A stretch of 64,000 nt of DNA from Thermoanaerobaculum sp. (GCA_021154885.1 JAJKHS010000104.1:1410-65409); one strand, 5' to 3'; shown: positions 1 to 10,110, numbered from the stretch's first letter. Notes: generated from the sequence alone by a model not told the origin. A program made the numbers and translations.

Positions 1-83
1 AGCGCAAGGTGCTCCAAATCCGCGTCCCGGCTCGTGGCCCGGGAGTATTTGGAGTGGACGTGGAGGTCGGCGTAGAAGTGCAC
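1..83 (-). CDS. Partial (5' end) PHP-domain protein, endonuclease Q / PHP-UvrD helicase family
   Basis: The reverse strand from GTG at 83 reads VHFYADLHVHSKYSRATSRDADLEHLA. The DLHxHSxYSRATS N-terminus is typical of EndoQ/PHP-UvrD proteins. It runs off the window edge. Confidence 0.75.
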   Translation of the reverse strand, partial: MHFYADLHVHSKYSRATSRDADLEHLA

Positions 84-204
84 GGCACGTATGGACAGAA
101 CGGGGAGGACGATACACCGCCGCGGTGGTTCTGTCTATCCGTGTCGTTTCAGGCTATGAATCCCCTTTTCTGGATATACCGATCTAGATGGCTGTGCCGA
201 AAGA

Positions 205-290
205 AGGGACTTCAGGGACGACAGGACTTCAGGGACAAAAACCTGGAGCTTCCTCGTCCCTGCTGTCCCTGAAGTCCCTGCTGTCCCTGC
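205..290. repeat. Dispersed palindromic repeat family A (CAGGGAC units), copy 1
   Basis: AGGGACTTCAGGGAC... arms face ...GTCCCTGCTGTCCCTGAAGTCCCTG. Similar copies occur at 25399-25500 and 52835-52933. Confidence 0.85.
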
Positions 291-301
291 TCTTCTGCCG
301 C

Positions 302-790
302 CTACCCGAACTCCCGCCGCGCCGGCATCTGCTCCGGTCCCACGCGGCCGGCCTGGATCTCCGCTTTGAAATAGTTTTCGCCCTTGACCGGCGCGCCGGC
401 CAGGCGGCGCAGCATGGCGATCTGGCCGACGTGCGTCAGGGCGTCGGCGACCGGCCCCTGGAACAGCCTTTCGATCGAAAAGCCCAGCGGCGTGTCCGCG
501 GCCAGGGCGTCGTCGAACCGTTGCAGACCCGCGAAGAAGCGCGTCACCTCCTCATCCCAAGTTCCCGGCGGCTTGTCGTGCCACACGTGCTGGCCCCCGG
601 CGAGGGCGCAGGCCCAGCCGAAGAGATCGCCCATGTGGGCCAGGATCTCCAGGGGAGTGCGGCTCGTCTCGCTCGCCCGGAACGAAGCGAAGCTCGCAGG
701 GGCATCGCGCACGGCTTTGCCACCGCGATAGGCCAGCGTGGCGACTGTATGGCGCAGAAATTGGCGATCGGCTTCGGGATGCTCGCTCAT
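302..790 (-). CDS. DinB/YfiT-like four-helix bundle protein
   Basis: ATG at 790 with a GGAGGT RBS. The 162-aa product contains TPLEILAHMGD and DALTHVGQIAMLRR, typical of the DinB superfamily. Confidence 0.75.
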   Translation of the reverse strand: MSEHPEADRQFLRHTVATLAYRGGKAVRDAPASFASFRASETSRTPLEILAHMGDLFGWACALAGGQHVWHDKPPGTWDEEVTRFFAGLQRFDDALAADTPLGFSIERLFQGPVADALTHVGQIAMLRRLAGAPVKGENYFKAEIQAGRVGPEQMPARREFG

Positions 791-905
791 CGGGACCTCC
801 TGGATCTTAAGTCTCCGGCCGCCGATTGTACGACGGCCGGGAGGTCCGCGGGATGGGAGGCGCCCCGCCGTCCGGCGTGCCCGGATCCGGCCGTCCTGCC
901 CGCCT

Positions 906-957
906 CGGAGACGCCCCGCCGTCCCCGTGGCCTCCGAAACCATGTCGTAACGGGTCA
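906..957. repeat. Partial copy of the large palindromic element at 62103-62527 (family D)
   Basis: CGGAGACGCCCCGCCGTCCCCGTGGCCTCCGAAA...TCGTAACGGGTC closely matches both inner arms of the 62.1-62.5 kb element. Confidence 0.75.
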
Positions 958-978
958 GGGTATTGCGATACCTTGCCT

Positions 979-2211
979 TCAGTTGCCCGCAAACCGCCGC
1001 ACGAAAATCGCGCTGGGCTCGAGGTCCCCCACCTGCGCCGCCCAGGTGACGAGCCAGGCGCTCCCCGTCCACGCCACGCTGCCGGCGAAGGGCTGCTGGT
1101 AGCGGTCGCTCGCCGCGCTGTTCACGCCCTCCGCCGGCCCCAGGGGCGCGCCGTGGGAGTCGAAGAGCTGGAGCTGGAGATCGGTCTGCAACGGCGCCGG
1201 GACCCGGAACCAGAGCAGCAGGAGGTTCCCCTTCTTGTCGATCGCCGCGGAGAGCGGGGCGAAGGTGCCATCGTTCGTCACCGCCGGGACCTCGGGTCCC
1301 AGCGGGTCGCCCGCGGCATTGAAGAAGCGCAGGTAGAGCGTGTGGTCGAGCGTCCAGGCCACGGCGAAGCCGCCGTTGGGAGCGGCCGCCACCGCGAAGT
1401 CCGGGCCCAGGAAAGGCGCCGTTCCGCTCAGGCCCGCCGGCGTGGTGTTGATGTCGAAATCCGGGGTCCGCGGCTCGAACGTGCCGCTGAACAGGCGCGC
1501 CCGCAGCACCCGCCGCGCGCTCTCCGCCGGCAGGCTCGTGGCCTCGAAGACCGACACGAAGTTGCCGTTGGCGAGCGGCATCACGAATGGCCGCGGATCG
1601 TCGATGGGCCGCGTGTCGATGCGCCGCTCCACCAGCGTCGGCGCGCCGTTGGGCGACAGCTTGCGCAGACTGAACGTCCTGATCGATTCCTGAAAGGAGC
1701 CGGCGACGAGACCGTCCCCGGCCACGAACCAGACGTACGGAAAGTAGGGCTTGCCCACCTTCAGCGGCTTGTTGCCCACCCGCGCGCCGCGAGCGTCCAG
1801 GTGGCGCGTGAAGAAGGCCGGCGGCATCGTGCCCGTGTCGTCGTTGATGTGCCAGAGCACGTCGTAGCCTTTGCCCGCCCTGGTGATGGCATCCAGTTGC
1901 GGCCAGAAGCCCTCGCTTCCCAGCAGGACCTGCGCGGCGTCCGTGGGCCGGAGGGCCGCAGAGAAATGGCGGGCGAAGATGGAAGCCGGCTGGTTCCCGC
2001 CGTAATCCCAGGCGATCTCGAAAGTGCCGTCGCGCTGGACGCTCAGCATGGGGTCGTTCGGAAACTGATCGCCCGCCAGGGTGTCCACCCGGACCTCCGG
2101 GCCGAGCGGGGCCGGCTGCGCCAGGACCCCGCGAGTACCGGCCACGCCGAGCCACGCCGAGATGAGGAGAAGTACGAGAGCGAAACGCGTCCTGGTCAGT
2201 GTCCTGATCAT
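979..2211 (-). CDS. Secreted hypothetical protein with PLGPE/GPDFxVN-type repeats (probable beta-propeller), paralogue 1
   Basis: 410 aa with a Sec signal peptide and recurring motifs (PLGPEVRVDT, TPDFDINT, PLGPAEGVNS). Collinear with 2236-3462. Confidence 0.75.
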   Translation of the reverse strand: MIRTLTRTRFALVLLLISAWLGVAGTRGVLAQPAPLGPEVRVDTLAGDQFPNDPMLSVQRDGTFEIAWDYGGNQPASIFARHFSAALRPTDAAQVLLGSEGFWPQLDAITRAGKGYDVLWHINDDTGTMPPAFFTRHLDARGARVGNKPLKVGKPYFPYVWFVAGDGLVAGSFQESIRTFSLRKLSPNGAPTLVERRIDTRPIDDPRPFVMPLANGNFVSVFEATSLPAESARRVLRARLFSGTFEPRTPDFDINTTPAGLSGTAPFLGPDFAVAAAPNGGFAVAWTLDHTLYLRFFNAAGDPLGPEVPAVTNDGTFAPLSAAIDKKGNLLLLWFRVPAPLQTDLQLQLFDSHGAPLGPAEGVNSAASDRYQQPFAGSVAWTGSAWLVTWAAQVGDLEPSAIFVRRFAGN

Positions 2212-2235
2212 AGTGGCACTCCTGTATGCAGAAAA

Positions 2236-3462
2236 TCAGTTGCCCGCGAACCGCCGCACGAAGATCGCGCTGGGCTCCAGGTCCTCCACCTGGGCCGCCC
2301 AGGCGATGAGCCACGAGTCCCCGGCCCATTCCACGCTGCCCCGGAAGGGCTGGTGATATCGATCGCTGGCGGCGCTGCTCACGCCTGCCTGCGGTCCCAG
2401 GGGAGCGCCGTGCGGGTCGAAGAGTTGGATCTGAACGTCGGTGCGGAACGGGTCCTGCAGCAGCACGAGCCAGAGCACCAGGAGGTTCCCCGCGGGGTCG
2501 AAGGCCATGGACTCCGGAGCGATGGTGTCGTCCGTCGTCACGGCCGCGACCTCGGGTCCCAACGGCCGGGCGGCGGCGTCGAAGAAACGCAGGTAGAGAG
2601 TGTCGGTGAGGATCCAGGACACGGCGAATCCCCCGTCCGGCGCGGCCGCCACGGCAAAGCCGGAGCGCAGGAAAGGCACCGTCCCCCCTTCTCCCGGAAC
2701 AATGGTGTTGACGTCGAAGTCGGGGCCCAGGGGCTTGCCGGCGGGCGAGAACCGGCGCGCCCGCAGCACCGCCCTCGGGGTGGAACCCCGTACCGGCACG
2801 GTCCCGAACCAGACCGCCACGAAACCGCCGTCGGCGACGGCCGTGACGATCGTGTCCGGCTCGTCGACGGCCCGGCTGTTCAAACGCAGCTCCGGCCCCG
2901 TCGGCCGGCCGGAGGAGGCGAGGTGCCGGGCCGCGATGCCATGCGCGTGGAGCAGCGGCGAGCCGGCCATGAAGCCGTTGCCGCGCACGTTCCAGACCCA
3001 TTGGGTGCCCTTCCCGCCCAGGGGGACCGGCTTGCCCGGGTCGGGCACGCCCTGCAGATTCAGATGGCGCCGGTAGAAGGCCGGCGCCTCGGGCCGCAGG
3101 TCGTTGACCACGTGCCAGAGCACGTCGAAACCCTTCAGCGTCGCCGTGACGGCGTCCGCCAGGGGATAGTAGCCCCGGCTCCCGATCAGCACCTGCGCGG
3201 CGTCCGTGGGCTCGCCGCCGGCGGTGAAGTGGCGGGAGAAGATCTGCGCCGGCTGGCTCGCCCCGTAACCCCAGGCGATCGCGAAGCCGCCGCCCGGCTG
3301 GACGGCCAGCACGGGGCTGCTGGGAAACTGATCGCCTGCGAGGGTGTCCACCCGGATCTCCGGACCGAGCGGCGCCGGCTGAGCCGCGGCACCGCGGGCG
3401 CCCATCCCGCCGAGCCACGCTGCGCCGAGGAGAATGAAGAGAGCGAAACGCGTTCTGTTCAT
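2236..3462 (-). CDS. Secreted hypothetical protein with PLGPE/GPDFxVN-type repeats, paralogue 2
   Basis: 408 aa with a signal peptide. Shares the N-terminal AQPAPLGPE(I/V)RVDTLAGDQFP and the C-terminal DLEPSAIFVRRFAGN with paralogue 1. Confidence 0.75.
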   Translation of the reverse strand: MNRTRFALFILLGAAWLGGMGARGAAAQPAPLGPEIRVDTLAGDQFPSSPVLAVQPGGGFAIAWGYGASQPAQIFSRHFTAGGEPTDAAQVLIGSRGYYPLADAVTATLKGFDVLWHVVNDLRPEAPAFYRRHLNLQGVPDPGKPVPLGGKGTQWVWNVRGNGFMAGSPLLHAHGIAARHLASSGRPTGPELRLNSRAVDEPDTIVTAVADGGFVAVWFGTVPVRGSTPRAVLRARRFSPAGKPLGPDFDVNTIVPGEGGTVPFLRSGFAVAAAPDGGFAVSWILTDTLYLRFFDAAARPLGPEVAAVTTDDTIAPESMAFDPAGNLLVLWLVLLQDPFRTDVQIQLFDPHGAPLGPQAGVSSAASDRYHQPFRGSVEWAGDSWLIAWAAQVEDLEPSAIFVRRFAGN

Positions 3463-3639
3463 TCAGTGATCCTCCTGCGGGATGTCTGAAGTGGCCCGCG
3501 TGCCGGTCGTACAGCAAACCCTGATCCAAGTATATCGCATGGCAGCATACAGGACCACTGTCTAATACCCGCCCCGCGGAGTGTCGTCAAGGACTACGAA
3601 GCGATGGCCGTCCTGGTCGCCGCGAAAAAGGAGAAAAAC

Positions 3640-5451
3640 ATGTTTCTGGATCGACATCCCACCCGCTTCTCGTCTCTGGGTCTCGGGGCCGTGACTTTGC
3701 TGACCAGCCTGCTGCTGCCGGCCGCGAGCCGGGGCGAGGACTTCGCCAATGCCGCCAATGCCGCCAATACCAGTCGCGATCCGCGGCAGGCCTTCGGCCT
3801 CGCCGACGATTCGACAGCCACGCTGCTCGCCAAGCCCGGGCGTCTCATTCCGTCGCACGAGCTCAAGCTCGCCGTCCTGCCGGCGCCCCTCGTCTCCCTG
3901 TCGCCGGTGAACCGCGACGCGCTGGTGCGGGAGGACGACATGAAGAGCCTGCTGGGATTGGAAAAGCGCGTGCGCTACGGCATCGGCCGCAACGTCGCCC
4001 TGCGCGCCGCCGACGGCCACTGGTACGACCTCGCGGACGGCGGCCGCCTGTGGACGGTGGACCTCAAGTCCCCCGCCGCCCTCGGCCTCCGGCTGCACTT
4101 CGACCGTCTCCGCCTCCCCGCCGGCGCCCGCATCGCCGTGTACTCGCCGGACGACCTCGACCGCGCCGCCCACTACCGCCGCACGGGCGAGGACCTGCTG
4201 GGCGAGCCCCGGGCCGAGCAGTTCGAATCGGCCGCAGAGCTCCAGTCCAAGGGCGGCTGGACCGGCACGGTCGCCGGCGACACCGCCCGCATCGAGGTGG
4301 TCCTGCCGCGGGGAGCGAAGAGCCGCGCCCTGCCGTTCGTCCTCGACCAGGTGCAGCACCTCTACCGCGACCCGGTCAGCCTGGACCTCGAAAAGGGCGC
4401 CGGCTCCTGCCACAACGACGTCACCTGCTTCTCCGCCTGGTCGACGACCGTGGCGAACGCCGTGGCCCGCATCGGCTTCGTCGAGAACGGCGGCAGCTTC
4501 CTCTGCACGGGCCAGTTGCTCAACAACAACAACATCGACCGCACACCCTACTTCCTGACCGCCCACCACTGCCTGTCGGACAACGCCGCGGCGCAGACCC
4601 TGGAGGCGTTTTGGAAATTCCAGACCGCGACCTGCAACGGCGCGCCGCCGTCCCTGGGCAGCCTTTTCACTTCGACGGGAGCGACGCTGCTGGCGACGGG
4701 AGCGACCTCCGATTTCACCTTCCTGATGATCGACGGCGCCCTCCCTTCCGGCCTGTTCTGGGCGGGCTGGACCTCCTCCATCGTCCCGGCCGGCACCGCC
4801 TCGGCCTCGATCCACCATCCGGCGGGCGACTTCAAGCGGATCAGCTTCGGCAAGAACGCCCTGGCGACCCCGGGCTGCGCGAGCGGCACCAACGTCAACG
4901 GCGGCAGCCACGTCCGCATCAACTGGTCGAGCGGTCCGACCGAGCAGGGCTCCTCGGGCGCCGGGATCTTCCGCTCCGACACCCAGCAGCTCTATGGCCA
5001 GCTCCACTGCGGCCCGTCCTCCTGCGCCGACGTTTCGAACGATTCGTACGGCTCTTTCTTCGTCACCTTCCCATCCATCTCGACATTGCTGCAGGGCGGC
5101 AGCGACGACTCCCTGGAACCCAACGACAACTGCTTCACGCCGCACTTTCTCAACCCTGGCACCTACAACAACCTGATCGTCAGGTTCAACGACGATGACT
5201 ATTACCGGACCTCCGTGCCGAACGGCAAGACGCTGACCGTAACCCTCAACTTCATCCATGCCAACGGCGACATCGACACTTCGATGCACTATGACTGCGA
5301 GACTCCGGGCATCACTTCCTCGGGCTCCAGCAGCAACCAGGAGGTCATGACCTATCACAACACCACGGGCTCGGACCACGACGTCTCCTGGCGCGTCTTC
5401 CTCTTCTCCGACACCCGCAACAGCTACAGCATGACCTTCACCGTCCAGTAG
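3640..5451 (+). CDS. Secreted lysyl-endopeptidase-like (trypsin fold, S1) serine protease with C-terminal PPC-like domain
   Basis: ATG at 3640 after AAGGAG. Signal peptide and long prodomain, then CTGQLLNN..YFLTAHHC (His), SDFTFL (Asp) and TEQGSSG (Ser). C-terminal DDSLEPND...DDDYY PPC-like module. Confidence 0.85.
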   Translation: MFLDRHPTRFSSLGLGAVTLLTSLLLPAASRGEDFANAANAANTSRDPRQAFGLADDSTATLLAKPGRLIPSHELKLAVLPAPLVSLSPVNRDALVREDDMKSLLGLEKRVRYGIGRNVALRAADGHWYDLADGGRLWTVDLKSPAALGLRLHFDRLRLPAGARIAVYSPDDLDRAAHYRRTGEDLLGEPRAEQFESAAELQSKGGWTGTVAGDTARIEVVLPRGAKSRALPFVLDQVQHLYRDPVSLDLEKGAGSCHNDVTCFSAWSTTVANAVARIGFVENGGSFLCTGQLLNNNNIDRTPYFLTAHHCLSDNAAAQTLEAFWKFQTATCNGAPPSLGSLFTSTGATLLATGATSDFTFLMIDGALPSGLFWAGWTSSIVPAGTASASIHHPAGDFKRISFGKNALATPGCASGTNVNGGSHVRINWSSGPTEQGSSGAGIFRSDTQQLYGQLHCGPSSCADVSNDSYGSFFVTFPSISTLLQGGSDDSLEPNDNCFTPHFLNPGTYNNLIVRFNDDDYYRTSVPNGKTLTVTLNFIHANGDIDTSMHYDCETPGITSSGSSSNQEVMTYHNTTGSDHDVSWRVFLFSDTRNSYSMTFTVQ

Positions 5452-7429
5452 ACGAAACCCGGCCCGGGCGGCCGCTTGAGTCCGCCCGGGCGCGTTCGCC
5501 GTCTTCCAGGTGCCACGGCACGGCGGCCACGACGAGCCGCGAGCCGCCCCGCTGAAGCAGCGCGGCCCGCAGTTGCCGCGCCCGCCGGTTGTGCAGCAGG
5601 TGCTGCCACCAGTGGCTCTTGACCAGCTCGGGGACGATGACCGCGATGACGCGGGACGGGTATTTCTTTTCCACCGAGTCCAGGAACTTGAACAGAGGAT
5701 CGATGAACTTCCGGTAAGGCGACTGCAGGAGGATGAGCTGCGGCGGCGGCAGACCCGTCCTGCGTGCCGGCTGCTCCACGTCCTCGCGCCAGCGGTTCTT
5801 CAGGATCTCCGTTTCCGGGTCCTCGTCAGTGGTTTCCAGGGCGCTCAGATGGACGGCGATCACCTCGGGCGAGAGCATCATGCCGAAGCGCAGGGCTTGC
5901 TTCGTCAGTTTGTTCAGCGATTCCGTCGGTATCACCACCACCGGTGGCTCGTTCTCCGCCAGCTCCAACGGCAGGGGCTCCCAGAGATTGCGGTCGACGC
6001 GCTCGTAATACCGGCGGACGAGCTTGAAAAGCAGGATCAGGGCGGGAATGGCCAGCAGCGTGATCCAGGCGCCTTCGATGAATTTGGCGGCGATGATCAC
6101 CGCCAGGGCCACGCCCGTGGTCGCAGCGCCGAGGCCATTGATCGCGAGATGCCGCCACGCGGGCCGGCCGTCGCCCTCGTTTCCCCCGCCCCGCCACCAG
6201 TGCATCACCATGCCGGTCTGGGAGAGCGTGAAGGCGAGGAACGCGCCCACCGCGAACAGCGGGATCAGCCGGTCCGTGATGCCGCCGAAGACGACGAGCA
6301 GCAGACCGGACGTGGTGGTCAGGAAGAGGATGCCGACCGAGAAGACCAGCCGCCGTCCGACGACGGCGAACGGAGCCGGCAGGAAGCGGTCGGCCGCGAT
6401 CAGCCGGCAGAGGCGGGGAAAATCGACGAAGCTCGTGTTGGCGGAAAGCGTCAGCACCGCCAGCAGGCTGCCGATCGCCACGTAATAGAAAACATTGCGC
6501 CCCACCAGCGCCGCGGCCAACTGCGACAGGACGCTCTGATAGTCCGGCTTCGTCTGATCCATCGCACCGATGCCAAACCCACGCGCCAGCCAGGCGATGC
6601 CGCCGAGGAGCGCGGCGAGGCTGACGACGATCGCCGTCAGCGTGCCGTGCGCATGCTTGACCGGCGGATCGCGGAAAGCGCTCACGCCGTTGCTCACCGC
6701 CTCGACGCCCGTCATCGCCGTGCAGCCGCTGGCGAAGGCGCGGACCAGCAGCCAGATCGTCACCGGCGCCACGGCCGCGCCCAAGTGCGGCGGCGGGATC
6801 ACTGGCTGCGGGTGGCCGCCGGCGAGGAGCGCGCGCGCCACGCCGAGTCCCAGCAGGGCCAGGAAGCTCGCCAGGAATAGATAGGTCGGCAGCGCAAAAG
6901 CCCAGCCCGATTCGAGGGTGCCGCGCAGATTGACCAGTGTAAGAAGGGCCAGCGCCAGCAGGCAGAGCCACAGGGTCCAGGGATGCAGGCGCGGGAAGGC
7001 CGAGACGAGGGCGGCAATGCCGGCGGAGATGCCCACCGCGACGTTCAGCACGTAATCGATCATCAGCGCCGCCGCCGCCAGCAGACCGGCATGCACGCCG
7101 AGATTCTCTTTCGCGACCGTATAGGAGCCCCCGCCGGTCGGGTAGGCGGTGATCGTCTGGCGATAGGAGACGTAGAGCAGGCCGAGAAGGACGAGGAGGA
7201 CGGCCGTGATGGGGACGATGTAGCGCGGTCCCATCGCCCCGAGGGGCGCCAGGATGGTCAGCGCGGCCTCCGGACCGTAGGCCGAAGAGCCCAGCCCGTC
7301 GAGACCGAGCGCCGGCACTCCCGTCCAGACGCCGAGCTTGCGCTCCGTATGCTCTCGCGTCGCCAGCCGGCGGCCCAGAAGGAGACTCGTCCACGACACG
7401 GGCGTTCGGAGATTCAACAGACATGCCAA
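5438..7429 (-). CDS. APC-family permease, YdaO/KimA-like (possible K+ transporter)
   Basis: Many TM helices, with motifs DGLGSSAYGPE, YPTGGGSY and TAMTGVEAVSNGV. The cytosolic C-terminal domain has SPYR and VPELV..WWQHLLHN. The true start may be GTG at 7399. Confidence 0.85.
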   Translation of the reverse strand: MACLLNLRTPVSWTSLLLGRRLATREHTERKLGVWTGVPALGLDGLGSSAYGPEAALTILAPLGAMGPRYIVPITAVLLVLLGLLYVSYRQTITAYPTGGGSYTVAKENLGVHAGLLAAAALMIDYVLNVAVGISAGIAALVSAFPRLHPWTLWLCLLALALLTLVNLRGTLESGWAFALPTYLFLASFLALLGLGVARALLAGGHPQPVIPPPHLGAAVAPVTIWLLVRAFASGCTAMTGVEAVSNGVSAFRDPPVKHAHGTLTAIVVSLAALLGGIAWLARGFGIGAMDQTKPDYQSVLSQLAAALVGRNVFYYVAIGSLLAVLTLSANTSFVDFPRLCRLIAADRFLPAPFAVVGRRLVFSVGILFLTTTSGLLLVVFGGITDRLIPLFAVGAFLAFTLSQTGMVMHWWRGGGNEGDGRPAWRHLAINGLGAATTGVALAVIIAAKFIEGAWITLLAIPALILLFKLVRRYYERVDRNLWEPLPLELAENEPPVVVIPTESLNKLTKQALRFGMMLSPEVIAVHLSALETTDEDPETEILKNRWREDVEQPARRTGLPPPQLILLQSPYRKFIDPLFKFLDSVEKKYPSRVIAVIVPELVKSHWWQHLLHNRRARQLRAALLQRGGSRLVVAAVPWHLEDGERARADSSGRPGRVSSTGR

Positions 7430-7482
7430 CGCGGAAAAGGGGCCTGGGAACCGGTGTCAGGGAGCAGAACCCGCGAAGCGCC

Positions 7483-7498
7483 CGGCACGGCTCTTGCT
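7483..7498 (+). promoter_or_regulatory. Sigma-54 (-24/-12) promoter candidate
   Basis: CGGCACG-GCTC-TTGCT fits TGGCACG-N4-TTGCW and lies about 80 bp upstream of 7581. Confidence 0.6.
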
Positions 7499-7580
7499 CA
7501 GTTATCCCGGGAGCCGCACCGGTGCGATCGAAGCAACTCCACCATCCTCCCGGCACCGCGGCGAGCTACGAGGTAAACTT

Positions 7581-8963
7581 ATGAAAACGACACGCATCCT
7601 GCTCCTCTCGCTGGTCCTCCTGGGCACTCTCGCCGGGACGGCCTCCGCCGCGACCTCGGTCTCGGCGGGAATCCATATCGGTCCGTCGGGCCGCGCCACA
7701 GTGGACCTCGGGTTCTTCTATGACGACCTCGCCCCCTATGGGAACTGGGTCGAGCGTCCAAACTACGGCTGGGCCTGGAGGCCGCGCGCCGTGGCGTCCA
7801 CCTGGCGCCCCTATGCGGCCGGGCACTGGGCCTGGACCGATGAGGGCTGGACCTGGATCTCGGACGAGCCTTACGGCTGGGCGACCTATCACTATGGGCG
7901 CTGGTATGACGATCCCGACTATGGCTGGGAGTGGATCCCCGGCAATGAGTGGGCTCCGGCCTGGGTCTCCTGGCAGGAGGGGGGCGACTACGTCGGCTGG
8001 GCTCCCCTGCCGCCGTCGGTCGATTACCGGCCGGGGATCGATCTGAACGTCTCGCTCGCGCCCGACGCCTATGTCTTCGTGCCCGAGCGCCAGTTCCTGG
8101 CGCCGCGGGTCAACGCCTACTTCGTCGCCCGCAGTGACTACGGGAGGATCTTCCCCAATACCCGCAACATCACCCGCTACAACGTCGTCAACCAGCGGAT
8201 CTTCAATCAGGGCGTGCCCGTCGATCGCCTCCAGCAGGTGATCGGACGCCCGGTGCCGCGCTACCAGATCGCCGACCTGGGGGCGAATGAGCGGCACCAG
8301 GGGGCGCGGATCGCGCAGAACCGGGTGGCCATTTTCCGGCCGCAGGTGGAAAGAGCCCAGGTGGCGCCGCCGCCCAGCCGCCCGATCGCGCGGCGCGCCG
8401 TGGTCGCCGGAGCGGCCGCCGCGGCGATCGTCGCAGCCCACCATGCTGGTGCTGGCCACACCGCAGCGCAGGCCCAGCGACAGGAGGCAGCCCAGCAGAT
8501 GGGTCAGCAGCAGAAGGCTCAGCGCCAGGAGGCCCAGCAGCAACAGAGGGTCCAGCGACAGGAGGCAGCTCAGCAGCAGGGACAACAGCAGAGAGCCCAG
8601 CGACAGGAAGCCCAGCAGCAGCAGGCCCAGCGACAAGCGGCGGCCCAGCAGCAGGGACAACAGCAGAGAGCTCAGCGACAGGAGGCCCAGCAGCAGCGGG
8701 CCCAGCGACAGGCGGCGGCTCAGCAGCAGGGACAGCAGCAGAGGGCCCAGCGACAGGAAGCTCAGCAGCAGCAACGGGCCCAGCGACAGGCGGCGGCCCA
8801 GCAGCAGGGCCAGCAGCGCCAGGCTCAACGCCAGGAGGCTCAGCAACAGAGAGGCCAGCAGCGCCAGGCTCAGCGGCAGCAGGCCCAGCAGCCGAAGGGC
8901 CAGGGTAACGGCCACCGCAACCAGGGTAAACCGCCTCAGGACAAGAAACCCCCGCAGCCGTAG
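7581..8963 (+). CDS. Secreted DUF6600-type protein with Gln-rich repetitive tail, paralogue 1
   Basis: ATG at 7581 after GAGGT. Signal peptide, FYDDLAPYGNW and GWATYHYGRWY..WAPAWVSW..VGWAPLPP motifs, then a QQQRAQRQEA-type tail. Confidence 0.85.
   Translation: MKTTRILLLSLVLLGTLAGTASAATSVSAGIHIGPSGRATVDLGFFYDDLAPYGNWVERPNYGWAWRPRAVASTWRPYAAGHWAWTDEGWTWISDEPYGWATYHYGRWYDDPDYGWEWIPGNEWAPAWVSWQEGGDYVGWAPLPPSVDYRPGIDLNVSLAPDAYVFVPERQFLAPRVNAYFVARSDYGRIFPNTRNITRYNVVNQRIFNQGVPVDRLQQVIGRPVPRYQIADLGANERHQGARIAQNRVAIFRPQVERAQVAPPPSRPIARRAVVAGAAAAAIVAAHHAGAGHTAAQAQRQEAAQQMGQQQKAQRQEAQQQQRVQRQEAAQQQGQQQRAQRQEAQQQQAQRQAAAQQQGQQQRAQRQEAQQQRAQRQAAAQQQGQQQRAQRQEAQQQQRAQRQAAAQQQGQQRQAQRQEAQQQRGQQRQAQRQQAQQPKGQGNGHRNQGKPPQDKKPPQP
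8470..8890 (+). repeat. Coding tandem repeats (Q-rich, imperfect)
   Basis: CAGCAG-rich units encode QQQGQQQRAQRQEAQQQ(Q)RAQRQAAA. Confidence 0.8.
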
Positions 8964-8976
8964 TCCGCTTCCATAA

Positions 8977-9010
8977 CGGGAACCCGGCGATCTGCCGGGC
9001 TCCCGGTTTC
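8977..9010 (+). terminator. Putative intrinsic terminator
   Basis: CGGGAACCCGGC-GATCT-GCCGGGCTCCCG stem followed by GTTTC, just after the stop at 8963. Confidence 0.45.
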
Positions 9011-9063
9011 ACCTCCAGGTGCAAGATTTGCAGCAAATCCGCATCACGACAGGAGGTGAAGCG

Positions 9064-10110
9064 ATGCCCGGACCCAGCGAAAAGCCTGAAACCACCGAAA
9101 CCCGCGGCGCGAACGGCGTCACTCGTCGGGAGTTCCTGGAATTGTCCCTGGCGACCGCCGTCGTCGCCGGCGCGAGCGGCCAGGTCTCGTGGGCCGCCGA
9201 GGCGAAGGGCGGAATCCCCTACCGCACCCTGGGACACACCGCAGAGAAAGTCTCCATGGTGGGCCTGGGCGGCGCCCACATCGGACAGCAATCGGACGAG
9301 CAGGAGAGCATCCGGATCATCCGCACCGCTCTCGACCAGGGGATCAATTTCCTCGACAACTGCTGGGATTACAACGACGGCAAGAGCGAGGTGCGGATGG
9401 GCAAGGCGCTGCGCGACGGCTACCGGCAGAAAGCCTTCCTGATGACCAAGATCGACGGCCGGAGCAAGAAGGGCGCCGCGCAGCAGCTCGACGAATCGCT
9501 GAAGCGGCTGCAGACGGACCATATCGACCTGCTGCAGTTCCACGAGGTCATCCGCATGGAGGACCCGGACCGCATCTTCGCGCCGGGCGGCGCCCTGGAG
9601 GCGGTGCTGGAGGCGAAGCAGGCGGGCAAGCTGCGCTACATCGGCTTCACCGGTCACAAGAGCCCGGACATCCATCTCAAGATGCTATCCACGGCCAAGG
9701 CTCACCAGTTCCAATTCGACACCGTGCAGATGCCGCTCAACGTCATGGACGCTCACTACCAGAGCTTCGAGAAGAAGGTCCTCCCCGTGGCGATCGAGCA
9801 GCAGATCGGCGTGCTCGGGATGAAATCGATGGGCGACAAGATCATCCTCGACAGCAAGGCGGTATCGCCCGTCGAGTGCCTGCACTACGCGATGAACCTG
9901 CCGACCAGCGTGGTGATCACCGGCTGCGATTCGCTCCAGATCCTCGACCAGGCTCTGAACGCGGCGCGGACCTTCCAGCCGATGAGCAGCCAGCAGGTGG
10001 CGGCGCTCCTCGCGAAGACCGACCCGGTGGCCCAGAACGGCAAGTACGAGCTCTACAAGACGAGCCACCACTTCGACTCGACGGTGAAACACCCCGAGTG
10101 GCTGGCGTAA
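9064..10110 (+). CDS. Aldo/keto reductase with Tat signal peptide
   Basis: AGGAGGT RBS. TRREFL twin-arginine motif. AKR motifs GINFLDNCWDY, MTK, SLKRLQTDHIDL and GKLRYIGFTGH. Confidence 0.9.
   Translation: MPGPSEKPETTETRGANGVTRREFLELSLATAVVAGASGQVSWAAEAKGGIPYRTLGHTAEKVSMVGLGGAHIGQQSDEQESIRIIRTALDQGINFLDNCWDYNDGKSEVRMGKALRDGYRQKAFLMTKIDGRSKKGAAQQLDESLKRLQTDHIDLLQFHEVIRMEDPDRIFAPGGALEAVLEAKQAGKLRYIGFTGHKSPDIHLKMLSTAKAHQFQFDTVQMPLNVMDAHYQSFEKKVLPVAIEQQIGVLGMKSMGDKIILDSKAVSPVECLHYAMNLPTSVVITGCDSLQILDQALNAARTFQPMSSQQVAALLAKTDPVAQNGKYELYKTSHHFDSTVKHPEWLA

Noticed and set aside
302-3529. Very long ORFs (1075 aa minus, 887 aa plus) spanning several genes
   Set aside because: Arg/Pro/Gly-rich off-frame or antisense shadows expected at high GC. 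Only the last 162 aa of the minus ORF is a real gene (DinB-like).
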